In this document: positions 17,830 to 27,782 of the stretch, piece by piece
Position numbering within the stretch: position 1 is the first letter of the stretch
How the letters are laid out: each line of letters starts with the position of its first letter
Virus record (IMG/VR): IMGVR_UViG_3300045988_060257
DNA: 40,786 bases
Direction: 5' to 3' (one strand)
Origin: a virus
Program-made: the position numbers and the translations under genes
Notes under the pieces: generated by a model
The model's database searches: none
The model's input: the letters and a program-made list of their open reading frames with translations, nothing else
Told to the model about the DNA's origin: nothing

Positions 17830-18255
17830 ATGCTTGAAGAATTGATGCGAGAGTGTAGAAACTGGTTTGTTGCGCCGAATGGCGTACATCTGGGCACTTT
17901 TACCGTCAAGGACGGCAGCATTGCGCTGCCTTTTCTTGTTTATGGGCAATATTTCCGCATCGTTGGCAGCGTTTTTAACGACGGCGTTTACGAGTATGGC
18001 AACTTTTATCTGCAGGACGAAACATTTGAGGGAGCTATCTGGGCTTTAAGTGTTCCGCCTGCATTTATAAAGCTTTCCGAAGAAATTAAAAGCTGGCGCG
18101 ACCAGTACGAAAACGCCGCAAACAGCCCATTTCAAAGTGAGAGCTTTGCGGGATATAGTTACACCAAATCGAGCGCGAACGGCAATTCTGGCGGCTCTGT
18201 GACGGGCTGGCAGGGCGTGTTTGCGTCCCGGCTAAACAAATGGAGAAAGCTATGA
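17830..18255 (+). CDS. hypothetical neck protein (head-tail adaptor position)
   Basis: 141-aa ORF with RBS AAGGAGG, between the capsid and head-closure genes. Confidence 0.45.
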   Translation: MLEELMRECRNWFVAPNGVHLGTFTVKDGSIALPFLVYGQYFRIVGSVFNDGVYEYGNFYLQDETFEGAIWALSVPPAFIKLSEEIKSWRDQYENAANSPFQSESFAGYSYTKSSANGNSGGSVTGWQGVFASRLNKWRKL

Positions 18256-18617
18256 GCCTTTTAGATGATTTTTCGCACAGCTGCATCATTATGGACAAGC
18301 TGACAAAGCCTGACGGCGAGGGCGGCTATTCTACCGAGTGGCGCGAGGGCGCAGAGTTTTCAAATTACGTCGCATTTGACAGCAGCCTTGAAGCACGGCA
18401 GGCCGAAGCGCAGGGCGTGACCAGCGTGTATACCGGCATTGTGCGGAAAGATGTGCCTATTGAGTACGGCAGCGTGTACAAGGATGTGACGACCGGGGCA
18501 TATTTCCGGGTCACGAGCCGCCCGAAAGAGAAGCAAGCCCCGGCAAGCGCTTCCCCGATGCTGCAAAACCTAAAAAGTTTTACGGCTGAACGATTACGGG
18601 AGGGATTGCCGACATGA
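18252..18617 (+). CDS. head closure (stopper)-like protein
   Basis: ATGA overlap with the upstream stop. Called on size, position and an SPP1 gp16-like pattern. Confidence 0.5.
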   Translation: MSLLDDFSHSCIIMDKLTKPDGEGGYSTEWREGAEFSNYVAFDSSLEARQAEAQGVTSVYTGIVRKDVPIEYGSVYKDVTTGAYFRVTSRPKEKQAPASASPMLQNLKSFTAERLREGLPT

Positions 18618-18982
18618 CAAAGGGCGCTGCATTACAGCAGTTTTTCGGGCAGTTTATGACCGCATACGCCAGCAACGCCGTGCCGGATGACGCTGTACTC
18701 CCCTACTTGACCTATGATGCTGTGTTTGACGCATGGGGCGGCGGGGCGGTATCGCTGACGGTCAACATGTGGTTCCATACCACGAGCGAAGCGGTGCCCA
18801 ATGCAAAGGCGCTTGAGCTTTCGGACGCGCTTGGCATTGGCGGCGTTACGCTGCCGGTAGATGGCGGCTTGATTTGGTTAAAACGCGGCTCCCCGTTCTG
18901 CCAATCGCTGGCAGATGACACAGACAAAAACCTAAAACGGCGGTACATCAACGTTACCGCCGAATTTTTATGCCTAAATTGA
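18614..18982 (+). CDS. tail terminator/tail completion-like protein
   Basis: ATGA overlap with the upstream stop. It lies immediately upstream of the major tail gene. Confidence 0.45.
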   Translation: MTKGAALQQFFGQFMTAYASNAVPDDAVLPYLTYDAVFDAWGGGAVSLTVNMWFHTTSEAVPNAKALELSDALGIGGVTLPVDGGLIWLKRGSPFCQSLADDTDKNLKRRYINVTAEFLCLN

Positions 18983-18991
18983 GGTGAAAGC

Positions 18992-19585
18992 ATGAAATTT
19001 ACTCGTATTCCCGAATCTGCGTTTAAAGAACTGGTCTTGAACGCGGGCTATCTTGCAACTACGTTTGACCCGGCTGCCGGTACTGCGCCGGAAGAAAGTG
19101 CGCTGCTGGGCGCTACGACCGGCGGCATCAACTTTACGGCTGTGCCGAGCTTTACCGACTTCGGCGAGGATATCGACAACTGCCCCAAGAACATGAAAGA
19201 GCTGAAGCAGATTGAATCATGGGAAGTCAAGTGCAGCGGCACTTATGTTTCGGCATCGGCAGAGAATGCCAAGAGCATGCTTGGCGCTGCGGATGTTACG
19301 ACCACTTCCAAGGTTTCCAAAATCACGCCGCGCAACGACCTGAAAGACAGCGACTTTACCGATTTGTGGCTGCTGTGCGACTATTCGGACAAGCACGGCA
19401 CTACGAGTGGCGGTTTCTGTGCCATTCACATGCTGAATACGCTGTCCACCGGCGGTTTCAGCTTGCAGACCGGCGACAAGAAAAAAGGCCAGATGAGCTT
19501 CGAATACACGGCGCACTACTCCATTACCGCGCAGGACACTGTGCCGTGCGAGGTGTATATCAAGGCCGGAGAGGATGAAGCCTGA
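18992..19585 (+). CDS. major tail protein
   Basis: 197 aa, directly upstream of the G/GT chaperone pair. No sheath gene is present. Confidence 0.7.
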   Translation: MKFTRIPESAFKELVLNAGYLATTFDPAAGTAPEESALLGATTGGINFTAVPSFTDFGEDIDNCPKNMKELKQIESWEVKCSGTYVSASAENAKSMLGAADVTTTSKVSKITPRNDLKDSDFTDLWLLCDYSDKHGTTSGGFCAIHMLNTLSTGGFSLQTGDKKKGQMSFEYTAHYSITAQDTVPCEVYIKAGEDEA

Positions 19586-19956
19586 TGCGGATTTTTTCTG
19601 AACTTAGCACCGATGAAGCACTGGAAGTTGTATTGCAGATCGCGCAGCCCATCACAAACCTGATTGATGATGAAGCGCTTGTGAAAGAGATGCAGAAAGC
19701 GATGCCGAAGGGCGAAACGACCCGCATTGCAATGCAGCGTTTCGGCCTTGCGAAAATCGTTAAGCTGCTGAACATTGCGTTGAAGCAGCACCGCGAGGAT
19801 GTATACGCAATCCTTGCACCGTTCAACGGCCTGACGGTGGAAGAAATCGGCAAACAGAATTTCCTTATCACCTGCAAGCAAGCTGCCGACCTGCTGAACG
19901 ATAAGGGTTTTGTCGATTTTTTCAAATCGTATCTCGCTGGCGGGCAGAACAAGTAA
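19585..19956 (+). CDS. tail assembly chaperone (G)
   Basis: Called on position between the major tail gene and the tape measure gene, and it contains the slippery site. Confidence 0.7.
   Translation: MRIFSELSTDEALEVVLQIAQPITNLIDDEALVKEMQKAMPKGETTRIAMQRFGLAKIVKLLNIALKQHREDVYAILAPFNGLTVEEIGKQNFLITCKQAADLLNDKGFVDFFKSYLAGGQNK
19917..19923 (+). promoter_or_regulatory. -1 programmed ribosomal frameshift slippery heptamer T_TTT_TTC
   Basis: The zero frame reads GAT TTT TTC. The -1 frame is open from here through ATG 19974 to TAA 20258. Confidence 0.65.
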
Positions 19957-19973
19957 TCCCTGTACTACTAAAA

Positions 19974-20258
19974 ATGCCGAAACTGAGCGCAAAAGCGCTT
20001 GTGTCGGCGCTGCCTTACGCTTTAAAAACTGATTTTGAAGAGCAGCTGTACAAGGTGTACATGACAGACAGTGCGTGGAGCCTTGTGGTAGCTGTGACAG
20101 GCGTAACGGACAGGCCAGCGAGATATATTGACATTATCCACCCGCCAAAAGTGGATACGCGGACACCAGAACAGGTGCAGGCGGATTTCAAAGACTTTGC
20201 GGCGCGGCATGGGTTGAAAGAAGCAGAGAAAAAAGCCGCCCAAACAGAGGGCGGCTAA
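19974..20258 (+). CDS. tail assembly chaperone frameshift extension (T part, probably made as a G-T fusion)
   Basis: It is in the -1 frame relative to 19585..19956, with no stop between the slip site and this ORF. Confidence 0.65.
   Translation: MPKLSAKALVSALPYALKTDFEEQLYKVYMTDSAWSLVVAVTGVTDRPARYIDIIHPPKVDTRTPEQVQADFKDFAARHGLKEAEKKAAQTEGG
20226..20256 (-). terminator. intrinsic terminator for the minus-strand moron, embedded in the 3' end of the T ORF
   Basis: AGCCGCCC-AAACAGA-GGGCGGCT hairpin. A T-run follows it only on the minus strand (the + strand reads GAAAAAA upstream). Confidence 0.6.
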
Positions 20259-20260
20259 AC

Positions 20261-20635
20261 TTAGAAACAATTTTTGATAATGGCTTTATAGGTTGGCTCG
20301 TCAACTTCCAACAGGAAGCGCTTGCCGCTGTAACGCCATTGCGGGTCATCTATAAGCTGTATAACAACCTGATAAACGCCTTTTTGCTTGGCAGTCATTG
20401 CACCGGCAACCATGCCAGCACCACCAAACAAAGCACCGCCGACCATGCCGCGCATAACGCCGGAAGCCATAGATGTTTTGTGAGTTTCATCTACCACAGA
20501 GTAACCGGCAACAGTGCGGCTGTTTAGTTCAAGTGCTGATAGACCACCAACGTCCATAGAGACTTTGCCAAATGAAACAGACACCTTTTTGCCCATAAAA
20601 TCACCGGCGATTACCGCATTTTTTGCTTTTGCCAT
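20261..20635 (-). CDS. reverse-oriented moron: glycine-zipper membrane protein
   Basis: ATG lies 8 nt after AGGAGG. It contains GVMRGMVGGALFGGAGMVAGAM. It is the only minus-strand gene in the structural block. Confidence 0.7.
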   Translation of the reverse strand: MAKAKNAVIAGDFMGKKVSVSFGKVSMDVGGLSALELNSRTVAGYSVVDETHKTSMASGVMRGMVGGALFGGAGMVAGAMTAKQKGVYQVVIQLIDDPQWRYSGKRFLLEVDEPTYKAIIKNCF

Positions 20636-20656
20636 AAAAAACACCTCCTATTGCTT

Positions 20657-20685
20657 AGAATACAGCAAATAAAGCAAAAATTCAA
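20657..20685 (-). promoter_or_regulatory. sigma-70-type promoter for the moron (TTGAAT-17-TATTCT on the minus strand)
   Basis: The + strand reads ATTCAA at 20680-20685 and AGAATA at 20657-20662, with a 17-nt spacer. Confidence 0.5.
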
Positions 20686-20700
20686 GAAGGGAGTGATAGA

Positions 20701-21230
20701 TTGGACGTTTTTAACTTATATGCAAAATTAAGTCTGAACACAGACGACTATGAAAAAAGCGTTGAGAAGGCAAAAGGCGGCGCATTGTCTTTGATGGACG
20801 TGTTTAGTGGTACGCTGCTTGGAAATGTCGTTTCGGACGGTTTGCGGACTGTAACCAACGGAATTACGGAAATCGGAAAAATCTCTACAAACATGGCCAT
20901 GTCAATTGGCAAGGCATCGTTGGACAGCTATGCGGACTGCGAGCAGCTTGTAGGAGGCGTAGAAACGCTGTATAAAGACAGCGCGGGAATCATAAAGAGC
21001 TACGCAAAAAGCGCATACAAGAACGTTGGCATGTCCGCAAACGAGTATATGAAAACATCAACATCGTTTGCTGCTTCTCTGGTTTCAAGTTTGGGTGGTG
21101 ACACAGAAAAAGCCGCGCAAATGGCAAATACTGCAATTTCGGATATGTCCGATAATGCGAACAAGATGGGTACGAATATTTCGTCCATTCAAGACGCATA
21201 TAACGGATTCGCGAAGCAGAACTACACGAT
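20701..21230 (+). CDS. tape measure protein, exon 1
   Basis: TTG start after AAGGGAG. Ends ...AYNGFAKQNYT + AT, the conserved TMP motif that continues in exon 2. Confidence 0.8.
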
Positions 21231-22100
21231 AAATCTAATGTCCGCTGCATAAGTGATTATGCAGTGAGCGTGCGTGAACCTACCAGGGGTGTGCAACTGA
21301 AAAGGCGGCAGGAAATGGCTGCATGAGACAGTTGTGCTAACAGGGGAAACCTAAACTGTTTATGGCTTTTACAGCATGGTCATCCTGTGCCAAGCTATGC
21401 TGTATCACAATTACACTTGCAAAGCAGGTGAAATTGTAATATAATACAAAGCATAGAAGGTCAAACGACTATCGGTTCGTCACCGAGTACAACGCCTATT
21501 GGTACGGCGTTGGAAGTGCGCACCAACTTTTTCTGAAAGGATTAAAAGCCGTGGAGATTTGGAAACAGATTCCCGATTTACCGGGATACTCAGTCAGCAA
21601 TAAGGGCAGAGTTAAGAAAGATAGCACCGGACAAATAATGGTGCTTAGTAAAAATGCTGGATATTGCAGGATTACAATATCTAAGCATGTACACCGTCTT
21701 GTTGCTGATGCTTTTCTTGAAAAACCAGAGAACGAAGAAAGGTGCTGGGTTGACCACATAGACGGGAACCGCTCAAACAATGACGTTTCTAATTTAAGAT
21801 GGGTGACACCTTCTGAAAACGCACTGTCGTATGGGTATCATTCCAGAATTAAAAATAAGAAACGCCAGGTAAGGGCAACACATCTCGACGGAAGGACAAT
21901 CCTATTTGAATCCAGACAAGCGGCGGCTGAATACTTCCACTGTTCTGACAGTGAAATTAAGTACAACAGTCGATACCGCAAGAGGAATAAAAAAGGCTGG
22001 ATTTTTGAAAAAGTTGAAGATATAGTCTAATCCCTTAAAAGCCATGTGCGGAAACGCGCGTGGCTTTTTATAATACCGGGAAACCGGGGGTAACGAAATG
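21231..22100 (+). mobile_element. group I-type self-splicing intron carrying an HNH homing endonuclease ORF
   Basis: Joining 21230 to 22101 restores in-frame ...GFAKQNYT-M-LDNLKLGYGGTQAEMKRL. The exon ends in T and the intron ends in G. GNRA-capped hairpins lie at 22037-22068 and 22076-22087. Confidence 0.7.
21551..22030 (+). CDS. intron-encoded HNH homing endonuclease (NUMOD4 + HNH_3-like)
   Basis: WKQIPDLPGYSVSNKGRVKK...HIDGNRSNNDVSNLRWVTPSEN. Confidence 0.8.
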   Translation: MEIWKQIPDLPGYSVSNKGRVKKDSTGQIMVLSKNAGYCRITISKHVHRLVADAFLEKPENEERCWVDHIDGNRSNNDVSNLRWVTPSENALSYGYHSRIKNKKRQVRATHLDGRTILFESRQAAAEYFHCSDSEIKYNSRYRKRNKKGWIFEKVEDIV

Positions 22101-23961
22101 GTTAGACAACCTGAAACTTGGCTACGGCGGTACGCAGGCTGAGATGAAGCGGCTTATCAAAGAAGCTGCTGCCATGAAAGACACGCAGAAAGAGCTTGGC
22201 GTAACGGTCGATTCAACCAGTATGTCCTATGCGAACATTGTACAAGCGATTCATGTCGTGCAGGCCAACATGGGCATCATGGGAACGACCAGCAAGGAAG
22301 CTGCAACTACAATTCAAGGCAGTACAGCGTCGATGAAGAGCGCTTGGGAAAATCTTTTGACTGGAATTGCAGACCCGGAGCAAGACTTTCAATCCTTGGT
22401 GGACAACCTTGTTGACAGTGTTATTACTGCCGGGAACAACATTATACCGCGCATCAAAGAAATTGTGCCTACTTTGATTGATGGCTTGAGCGAACTGGTC
22501 ACACAGCTTGCGCCTTATGTGAGCGGTGTGATTATGGAGCTTGAACCGACTATTGAAGAGGGCTTGCAGGCACTTTTCGGCGGGTTAAGCAGCGTAGCAA
22601 GCGAATTGCAGCCCATTGTTGCCGATGTGTTTTCTTTTTTTGGCGATGCAATTATTTCCGGGCTGACAAGCGCGATTGAAAACTCTGACTTTTCGTTCTT
22701 GCTTGACATTTTTGATAATGTTAAAACAGCAGCTGAAGAAGTCGTGCCTGTAATTGAAGAAATCGCACCAGCACTTGTGACAGTTGGTGCAGCTGTAAAA
22801 GGCTGGCAAATCGGGACGAAAATCCAAAAAATGGCAACGGCCTTTGACGAAGCCAAAGTTGCTGTTTCTTTGTTCAGCATGGGGCTTTCTGACACGGAAA
22901 TTGCACAGGGTGCGCTCAATGGCACATTAAAGGCATCCGAAGTTCTTGCCGGATTGCTTACAGGGAAGATTTCTCTTATGACGTTGGCACAGGCGGCAGC
23001 GGCAAAAGCGCAAGCCGCTTTTAATGCGGTTTTGGCAGCAAACCCAATTACACTGGTTGTGGTTGCAATTGGCGCACTGGTTGGCATTTTGGCTGTGCTG
23101 TATGCGAAGAACGAAGATTTCAGAAATTCTGTAAATGGCGTTATTGAAAGCATCTGGGCAAAAATCCAAGAGCTTGTAGCATGGGTGCAGCCTTATGTTG
23201 AAGCGGCTATGCAGGTTATTGGGCAAGTCGTTACACAGGTCATTACAGATTTGACCCCAGTCATACAGAGCATCGGTGAAGCGTTCAGCGCTGCATGGAG
23301 CCTTGTACAGACTGTATGGGCATGGGCAAGCGCATTCTTTCAGGCTATCTTCCAGGCAATTGTGGTTATCTTTGCGCCGTTTGCACCGATTATCAGCGGA
23401 TTCTTCCAGGGCGCGTGGATCATCATTCAAAGCATCTGGAATGTTGCGGTAAGCTTTTTCCAGACTGTGTTTAATTTGATTACCGGCGTGTTCTCTACGA
23501 TTGACGCTGTGTTGTCTGGTGACTTTCAGGGCGCGTGGGAGTCGATTCAGGGCATCTTTGAAGGTGCGTTTGACTTTTTCTCTACGGTCGGCCAGAACGT
23601 TGTTGAGGGCATCAAGGGTGGCATTGCGGCTGTTTGGGGTGGTCTTGTCAGCTTCGTGCAGGGCTTGTGGGATGGCATCAAGAGCATTTTTGTCATCAAT
23701 GCAAGTGATGTGAAAAACAACACGGGGTCTGACGGCAGCCACGCAGGCGGCATGGATTATGTTCCCTATAACAACTACGTTGCAAATCTGCATCGCGGTG
23801 AGATGGTGCTGACAGCCGATGAAGCGGACAACTACAGACGCGGTAAGGGCAGCAGCAACGGCTTTACCCTGACGCAAAATATTTACGCGGCAAAGCAAAC
23901 GCCGGTTGAACTGGCAGCAAGTACAGCAGCGTATTTTCAGCGGGCGAGGTGGGCGATATGA
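22101..23961 (+). CDS. tape measure protein, exon 2
   Basis: Begins G TTA GAC AAC CTG AAA (..LDNLKLGYGG). Long Ala/Gly/Ile-rich helical protein. Track ORF 22060..23961 is in the same frame. Confidence 0.8.
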
Positions 23962-24812
23962 GTTTTTTAAGCAAGACTTTTAAATACGTCAACTCGCTGA
24001 GGCAGTCTATCGTGTTTGACTATGAGCACGGTTATCTCATCAGTAAGCCGGATGGCATTGATACAATTTCGGTCACTGCCAACACGGCGAAGGGCATCGG
24101 TCAAGTAGGCGCTACTGTGCAATCCAAGGCCATTCAGACGCGGCCTATTACCATCAATGGCAGAGTTATAGGCAATGACGCGCAAGCGCTGAAAGATGCG
24201 CTTATGACCGTTGTACGGCCTGACCTGACCGGGGTGTTATATGCAGGAGACTGGCACATAGACGTTATTGTAACGGCATCGCCTACCATTGGCGCGTCAA
24301 AACGCGGTGCGCCGTTTCAGCTTGGCTTGCTTGCCCCCTACCCGTATTGGGAAAGTGGCGAACGAAAAGCAATGCAGCTGCGCGGCGTGCAAAAAGGTTT
24401 TAAATTCCCATGGAATATCAGCAAAACGTATTATTTTGGCAAAGTCATTGTGCTGAAATACATTGTTTTGCAGAATTTCGGGCAGTTTGATGTGCCGTTT
24501 ATTCTGGAAATCAATTGCGTTGGCGAGACGGCAACAAACGTAGGCATTGAAAACATGCTGACAGGTGAAGTGCTGCGGCTGGAAAAAACGCTTGTGGAAG
24601 ATGAGCGTGTCGTTATCAAGACATCGCACGGGAAAACAACGGTCACAAGCTCTAAGGACGGTGACTGCCGGGGTGCACTTACGCTTGAAAGTACACTGTA
24701 CAGAATCCATACGGGCGATAATGCGTGGAAACCTACTGCGGACAGTGGGCTTGAAAACGTTGAGATGAGTGTTTCGTTTGCGGAAGAAAGTGCGGGTGTA
24801 ACGGTAATATGA
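23958..24812 (+). CDS. distal tail protein (Dit-like)
   Basis: ATGA overlap with the TMP stop. Position and size fit Dit. Confidence 0.6.
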   Translation: MSFLSKTFKYVNSLRQSIVFDYEHGYLISKPDGIDTISVTANTAKGIGQVGATVQSKAIQTRPITINGRVIGNDAQALKDALMTVVRPDLTGVLYAGDWHIDVIVTASPTIGASKRGAPFQLGLLAPYPYWESGERKAMQLRGVQKGFKFPWNISKTYYFGKVIVLKYIVLQNFGQFDVPFILEINCVGETATNVGIENMLTGEVLRLEKTLVEDERVVIKTSHGKTTVTSSKDGDCRGALTLESTLYRIHTGDNAWKPTADSGLENVEMSVSFAEESAGVTVI

Positions 24813-25819
24813 GATTAGAGCTGTTCTCCCCTGACCTTAGTAACCGACACGAAATCACACACGCGATCAGCAGCGAATTCAGCGACTACTATAACGATGT
24901 GGGAAAATTTACGGTAGTTTTGCCGATGGATGAGTACAACATCGGGATAGTGGAACTGGATGCTGTTTTGTACATTGTAGAGCGAAGACTTGCGTATACG
25001 GTGGAAGAAATACAGTTCGATTGCGATAACAGCGAAATCACGTTGAACGGGTACAGCCTGAACAACAAACTGAACCGGCGTGTTATTGCGACAACTTCCA
25101 GCATTGCCAACGTGGAAACAGATGCATACAGCGTTATTACTGCCAACCTGCGCGGGCTGCCTGTACTGCTAGCGAAGAAAAAAGGCTTGACAGAAACCGT
25201 GACGGCAACAGAGGTGTACGGGGATGAACTGTTAAACTGCATACAGCCGATTTTGACAGATGCCGAGATTGGGAACCGGATGGTTTTGGACTACAGAGCC
25301 AAAACGGAAACGTTTGAATTGTATAAGGGCGTTGACCGCACAGAGGGATTAAACGCGGTCCTGTTTGTGCAGGAACGCGGAACTGCGCCCGGGCTAGTAG
25401 TTGACAAGGATATTTCTGAATACAAAAATGTGTGCTACTGTGAAGCGCAGTACAAAGACGGTACAAAGTTTGTGGTGCAGGCTGGCACGGCCATCGATGC
25501 GGAACGGCGCGAACTATGGGCGAGGTTCAGCGGAGACGCACAGCAAGATGGCGAGACAAACGCTGCGTTTCAGACGCGCGTTAAGCAGTATGCAGCGTTG
25601 CAGCTAGGTAGCCATTTGAACCGAAACGGATTTGACATTGACGCGGACGGCGATGAACTGGGCACGGCATATAATGTCGGAGATTTGGTTTGGTGCGTTT
25701 CTTTGCGGCTGGGTGTAAAGTACAAGGCAAGAATAACGGCGGCAAAGTATTCACAGGATGCAAACGGGTCGAGCGTCAAGCTGGTTATTGGCGACCCGAT
25801 TTTAACAGTGTTGAGGTGA
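24809..25819 (+). CDS. tail/baseplate protein (Gp37-like, Tal position)
   Basis: ATGA overlap with the upstream stop. 336 aa, following Dit. Confidence 0.5.
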   Translation: MRLELFSPDLSNRHEITHAISSEFSDYYNDVGKFTVVLPMDEYNIGIVELDAVLYIVERRLAYTVEEIQFDCDNSEITLNGYSLNNKLNRRVIATTSSIANVETDAYSVITANLRGLPVLLAKKKGLTETVTATEVYGDELLNCIQPILTDAEIGNRMVLDYRAKTETFELYKGVDRTEGLNAVLFVQERGTAPGLVVDKDISEYKNVCYCEAQYKDGTKFVVQAGTAIDAERRELWARFSGDAQQDGETNAAFQTRVKQYAALQLGSHLNRNGFDIDADGDELGTAYNVGDLVWCVSLRLGVKYKARITAAKYSQDANGSSVKLVIGDPILTVLR

Positions 25820-25823
25820 GACA

Positions 25824-26819
25824 GTGGCAGAAATTAAAAATTTCCCGAATAATGTTGACGAATACATCGGGGCACAAAATGTCATGAAGTGGCTGCACGG
25901 GCGTACAAGCGGCGTTTTTGGCGCGGATGGCAATTTAAGTGTTACTGCAAACGGCAATATGACGGTAAGGGTATCGGATGGTGTTGGTTGGCTTGCGAAC
26001 GACAAAGCAGACGGTACGGTTTTTTGGAATGATACCAAAGAACAGACCGGCAGCGAGTTACAGCTGACAATCCCGCTGGCGAATGCTGTATCGCCGCGTA
26101 TTGACCGTGTTGTTGTGAGTTGGGACACAGTAGACTATGCAGCAAAACCGCGCATTGAAGTGCTGAAAGGTACGGCGGCTTCTACACCTGTTGCACCGGC
26201 ACTGACAAACAATAGTCTGTTGCGGCAGATTTCGCTTGCACAGATTGCAATTCCCGCGGCAGCAAGCAAAATCACGTCGGCCAATATTACCGATGAACGA
26301 CTTGACAGCACAGTATGCGGGCTTGTGACTGACTGGGTAAGCGTTGATACCAAGGTAATGCAAGAACAATTTGCTGCTTTTCTTACCCAAATTAAAACCG
26401 AGCTGGATCAGCTGCATGCTGGAACGGCTACGATGATGCGATCGACCTACGACCCGCAGGGGCGGCAGACCGATATTTTCAAGGCAATCGACAAGGTCTC
26501 CAACATCTACTACGCCAGGCTTACGCTGAACGGGTGGACGGCTTGCAGCAGCGCCGACCAGGCCAAAGACCTACTGTACCAGCAGACGGCTACGCTGACC
26601 TGCGCGAACAGCCATGCGCCGGTGGTGACGGCTGCCAGCGAGTTTTTGTCCGGCATCGGCTACGACAAGACCGGGGTGCCCGCTACCGATGATGTGCTGA
26701 ATGAAGTGCAGGACATTATCAACGACGGCGTGACGGTCACGGCGTACAATTCGGTGCTGGTTAAGGTGAAAAAAAAGCCCACTGCCGAAATCCGGGCACG
26801 GTGGGTCATTCAAAGCTGA
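25824..26819 (+). CDS. baseplate/receptor-binding-module protein
   Basis: GTG after GAGGTGAG. 331 aa within the fibre block. Confidence 0.4.
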   Translation: MAEIKNFPNNVDEYIGAQNVMKWLHGRTSGVFGADGNLSVTANGNMTVRVSDGVGWLANDKADGTVFWNDTKEQTGSELQLTIPLANAVSPRIDRVVVSWDTVDYAAKPRIEVLKGTAASTPVAPALTNNSLLRQISLAQIAIPAAASKITSANITDERLDSTVCGLVTDWVSVDTKVMQEQFAAFLTQIKTELDQLHAGTATMMRSTYDPQGRQTDIFKAIDKVSNIYYARLTLNGWTACSSADQAKDLLYQQTATLTCANSHAPVVTAASEFLSGIGYDKTGVPATDDVLNEVQDIINDGVTVTAYNSVLVKVKKKPTAEIRARWVIQS

Positions 26820-26926
26820 TGGAGGTTTAGCATGAAACATTGTAATAAATCTGCGGCATGTGCTGCGCGGGGGTACTGCTGATGGGAGTAGCACCGAGGA
26901 TTCCGGGAGAGAACGCAAAAGGGAAA

Positions 26927-27256
26927 ATGCTTGCACAAATCTATGAATACGGGATGGGGTCGGCAAGCATTAAGGCACTTTACTGTAACGAGAAATTGGC
27001 AAGCGCTTCAGATGGCACTTTTGAAATCCATATTAAAAAAGCGGGTACATATCGGCTTATTGGCTGGGTGCAGGCACGGGATTCCGCCTATAAGGCTTAT
27101 TTGAAATGCAATGATGTTACAATCTTCGGCCCTTTTATTAACAGCGGTTTTGACCTTGAAAAAAAATTAAGTGCAGGAGATGTCATCAGTATCCCCAGTC
27201 AGTACATGGATTATTATTCTACAGCATCTGCAACATTGATTATACTTACAACTTAA
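26927..27256 (+). CDS. hypothetical AT-rich fibre-module protein (alternative start 26858)
   Basis: The ORF is visibly AT-rich with a beta-rich sequence. ATG 26927 follows AAAGGGAAA. Confidence 0.4.
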   Translation: MLAQIYEYGMGSASIKALYCNEKLASASDGTFEIHIKKAGTYRLIGWVQARDSAYKAYLKCNDVTIFGPFINSGFDLEKKLSAGDVISIPSQYMDYYSTASATLIILTT

Positions 27257-27358
27257 TGGAAGCGAGTGATTTTATGGGAATGTCGCCGAGAACACCTGGC
27301 GGTAAAAAATTGAAGTTGCTACTGTAGAAATTTACGTCTACAAATAACGAGGTACAAA

Positions 27359-27676
27359 ATGAAAATCTACGATGAAATCACCAACGAGGAACTGACCTCT
27401 CCCGACCTGGCCGCTGGTTATCTTTACACCGCCCGGCGGGTTGCCGAGCATGTGCCGGAGAGCCGGGAAGTTATGCAGGGCACTGTCACCGAGGAGAACC
27501 CGCAGGGTCTTATGCGCATCATTCCTGCCCATGACGTGTACGAGGACTGCCAGTTCTACCACGCTTACACGGCAGAGGAACTGGCCGAGCGGGAAAAACC
27601 CACGCTGCAGGAACAGGTGGACGCCAACGCGGCGGCCATTTTGGAGCTGGCCCAGATGCTGGCTGGAGGTGAATGA
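27359..27676 (+). CDS. hypothetical fibre-module protein
   Basis: 105-aa ORF with RBS ACGAGGT upstream. Confidence 0.5.
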   Translation: MKIYDEITNEELTSPDLAAGYLYTARRVAEHVPESREVMQGTVTEENPQGLMRIIPAHDVYEDCQFYHAYTAEELAEREKPTLQEQVDANAAAILELAQMLAGGE

Positions 27677-27677
27677 T

Positions 27678-27782
27678 ATGGTACAGTTCTATGTCTGCTG
27701 CATCAAGCGCGGGCTGATTACGCTGGACAAAGTGCCGGAGAAATGGCGTGAGGCCGTAATGGCAGAGATGGAGGGAGCATGA
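27678..27782 (+). CDS. small CD1375/XkdX-like protein (34 aa)
   Basis: MVQFYVCCIKRGLITLDKVPEKWREAVMAEMEGA. RBS GGAGGTGA. ATGA overlap with the fibre gene. Confidence 0.4.
   Translation: MVQFYVCCIKRGLITLDKVPEKWREAVMAEMEGA

Noticed and set aside
16486-17949. 487-aa minus-strand ORF antisense to the scaffold and capsid genes. Similar long antisense ORFs lie at 8239..9189, 11320..12099, 22927..23898, 29981..31210 and 33076..34062.
   Set aside because: These are shadow ORFs of GC-rich + strand genes with clear homology motifs. They have low-complexity, Cys/Arg-rich translations, no RBS, and they break the overlap-coupled + strand gene chain.
26832-26882. 16-aa micro-ORF (MKHCNKSAACAARGYC) with a good GGAGG RBS upstream of ORF 26858/26927.
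   Set aside because: It is too short to support. It may simply mark an unclear start region or a frameshift in the following AT-rich gene.
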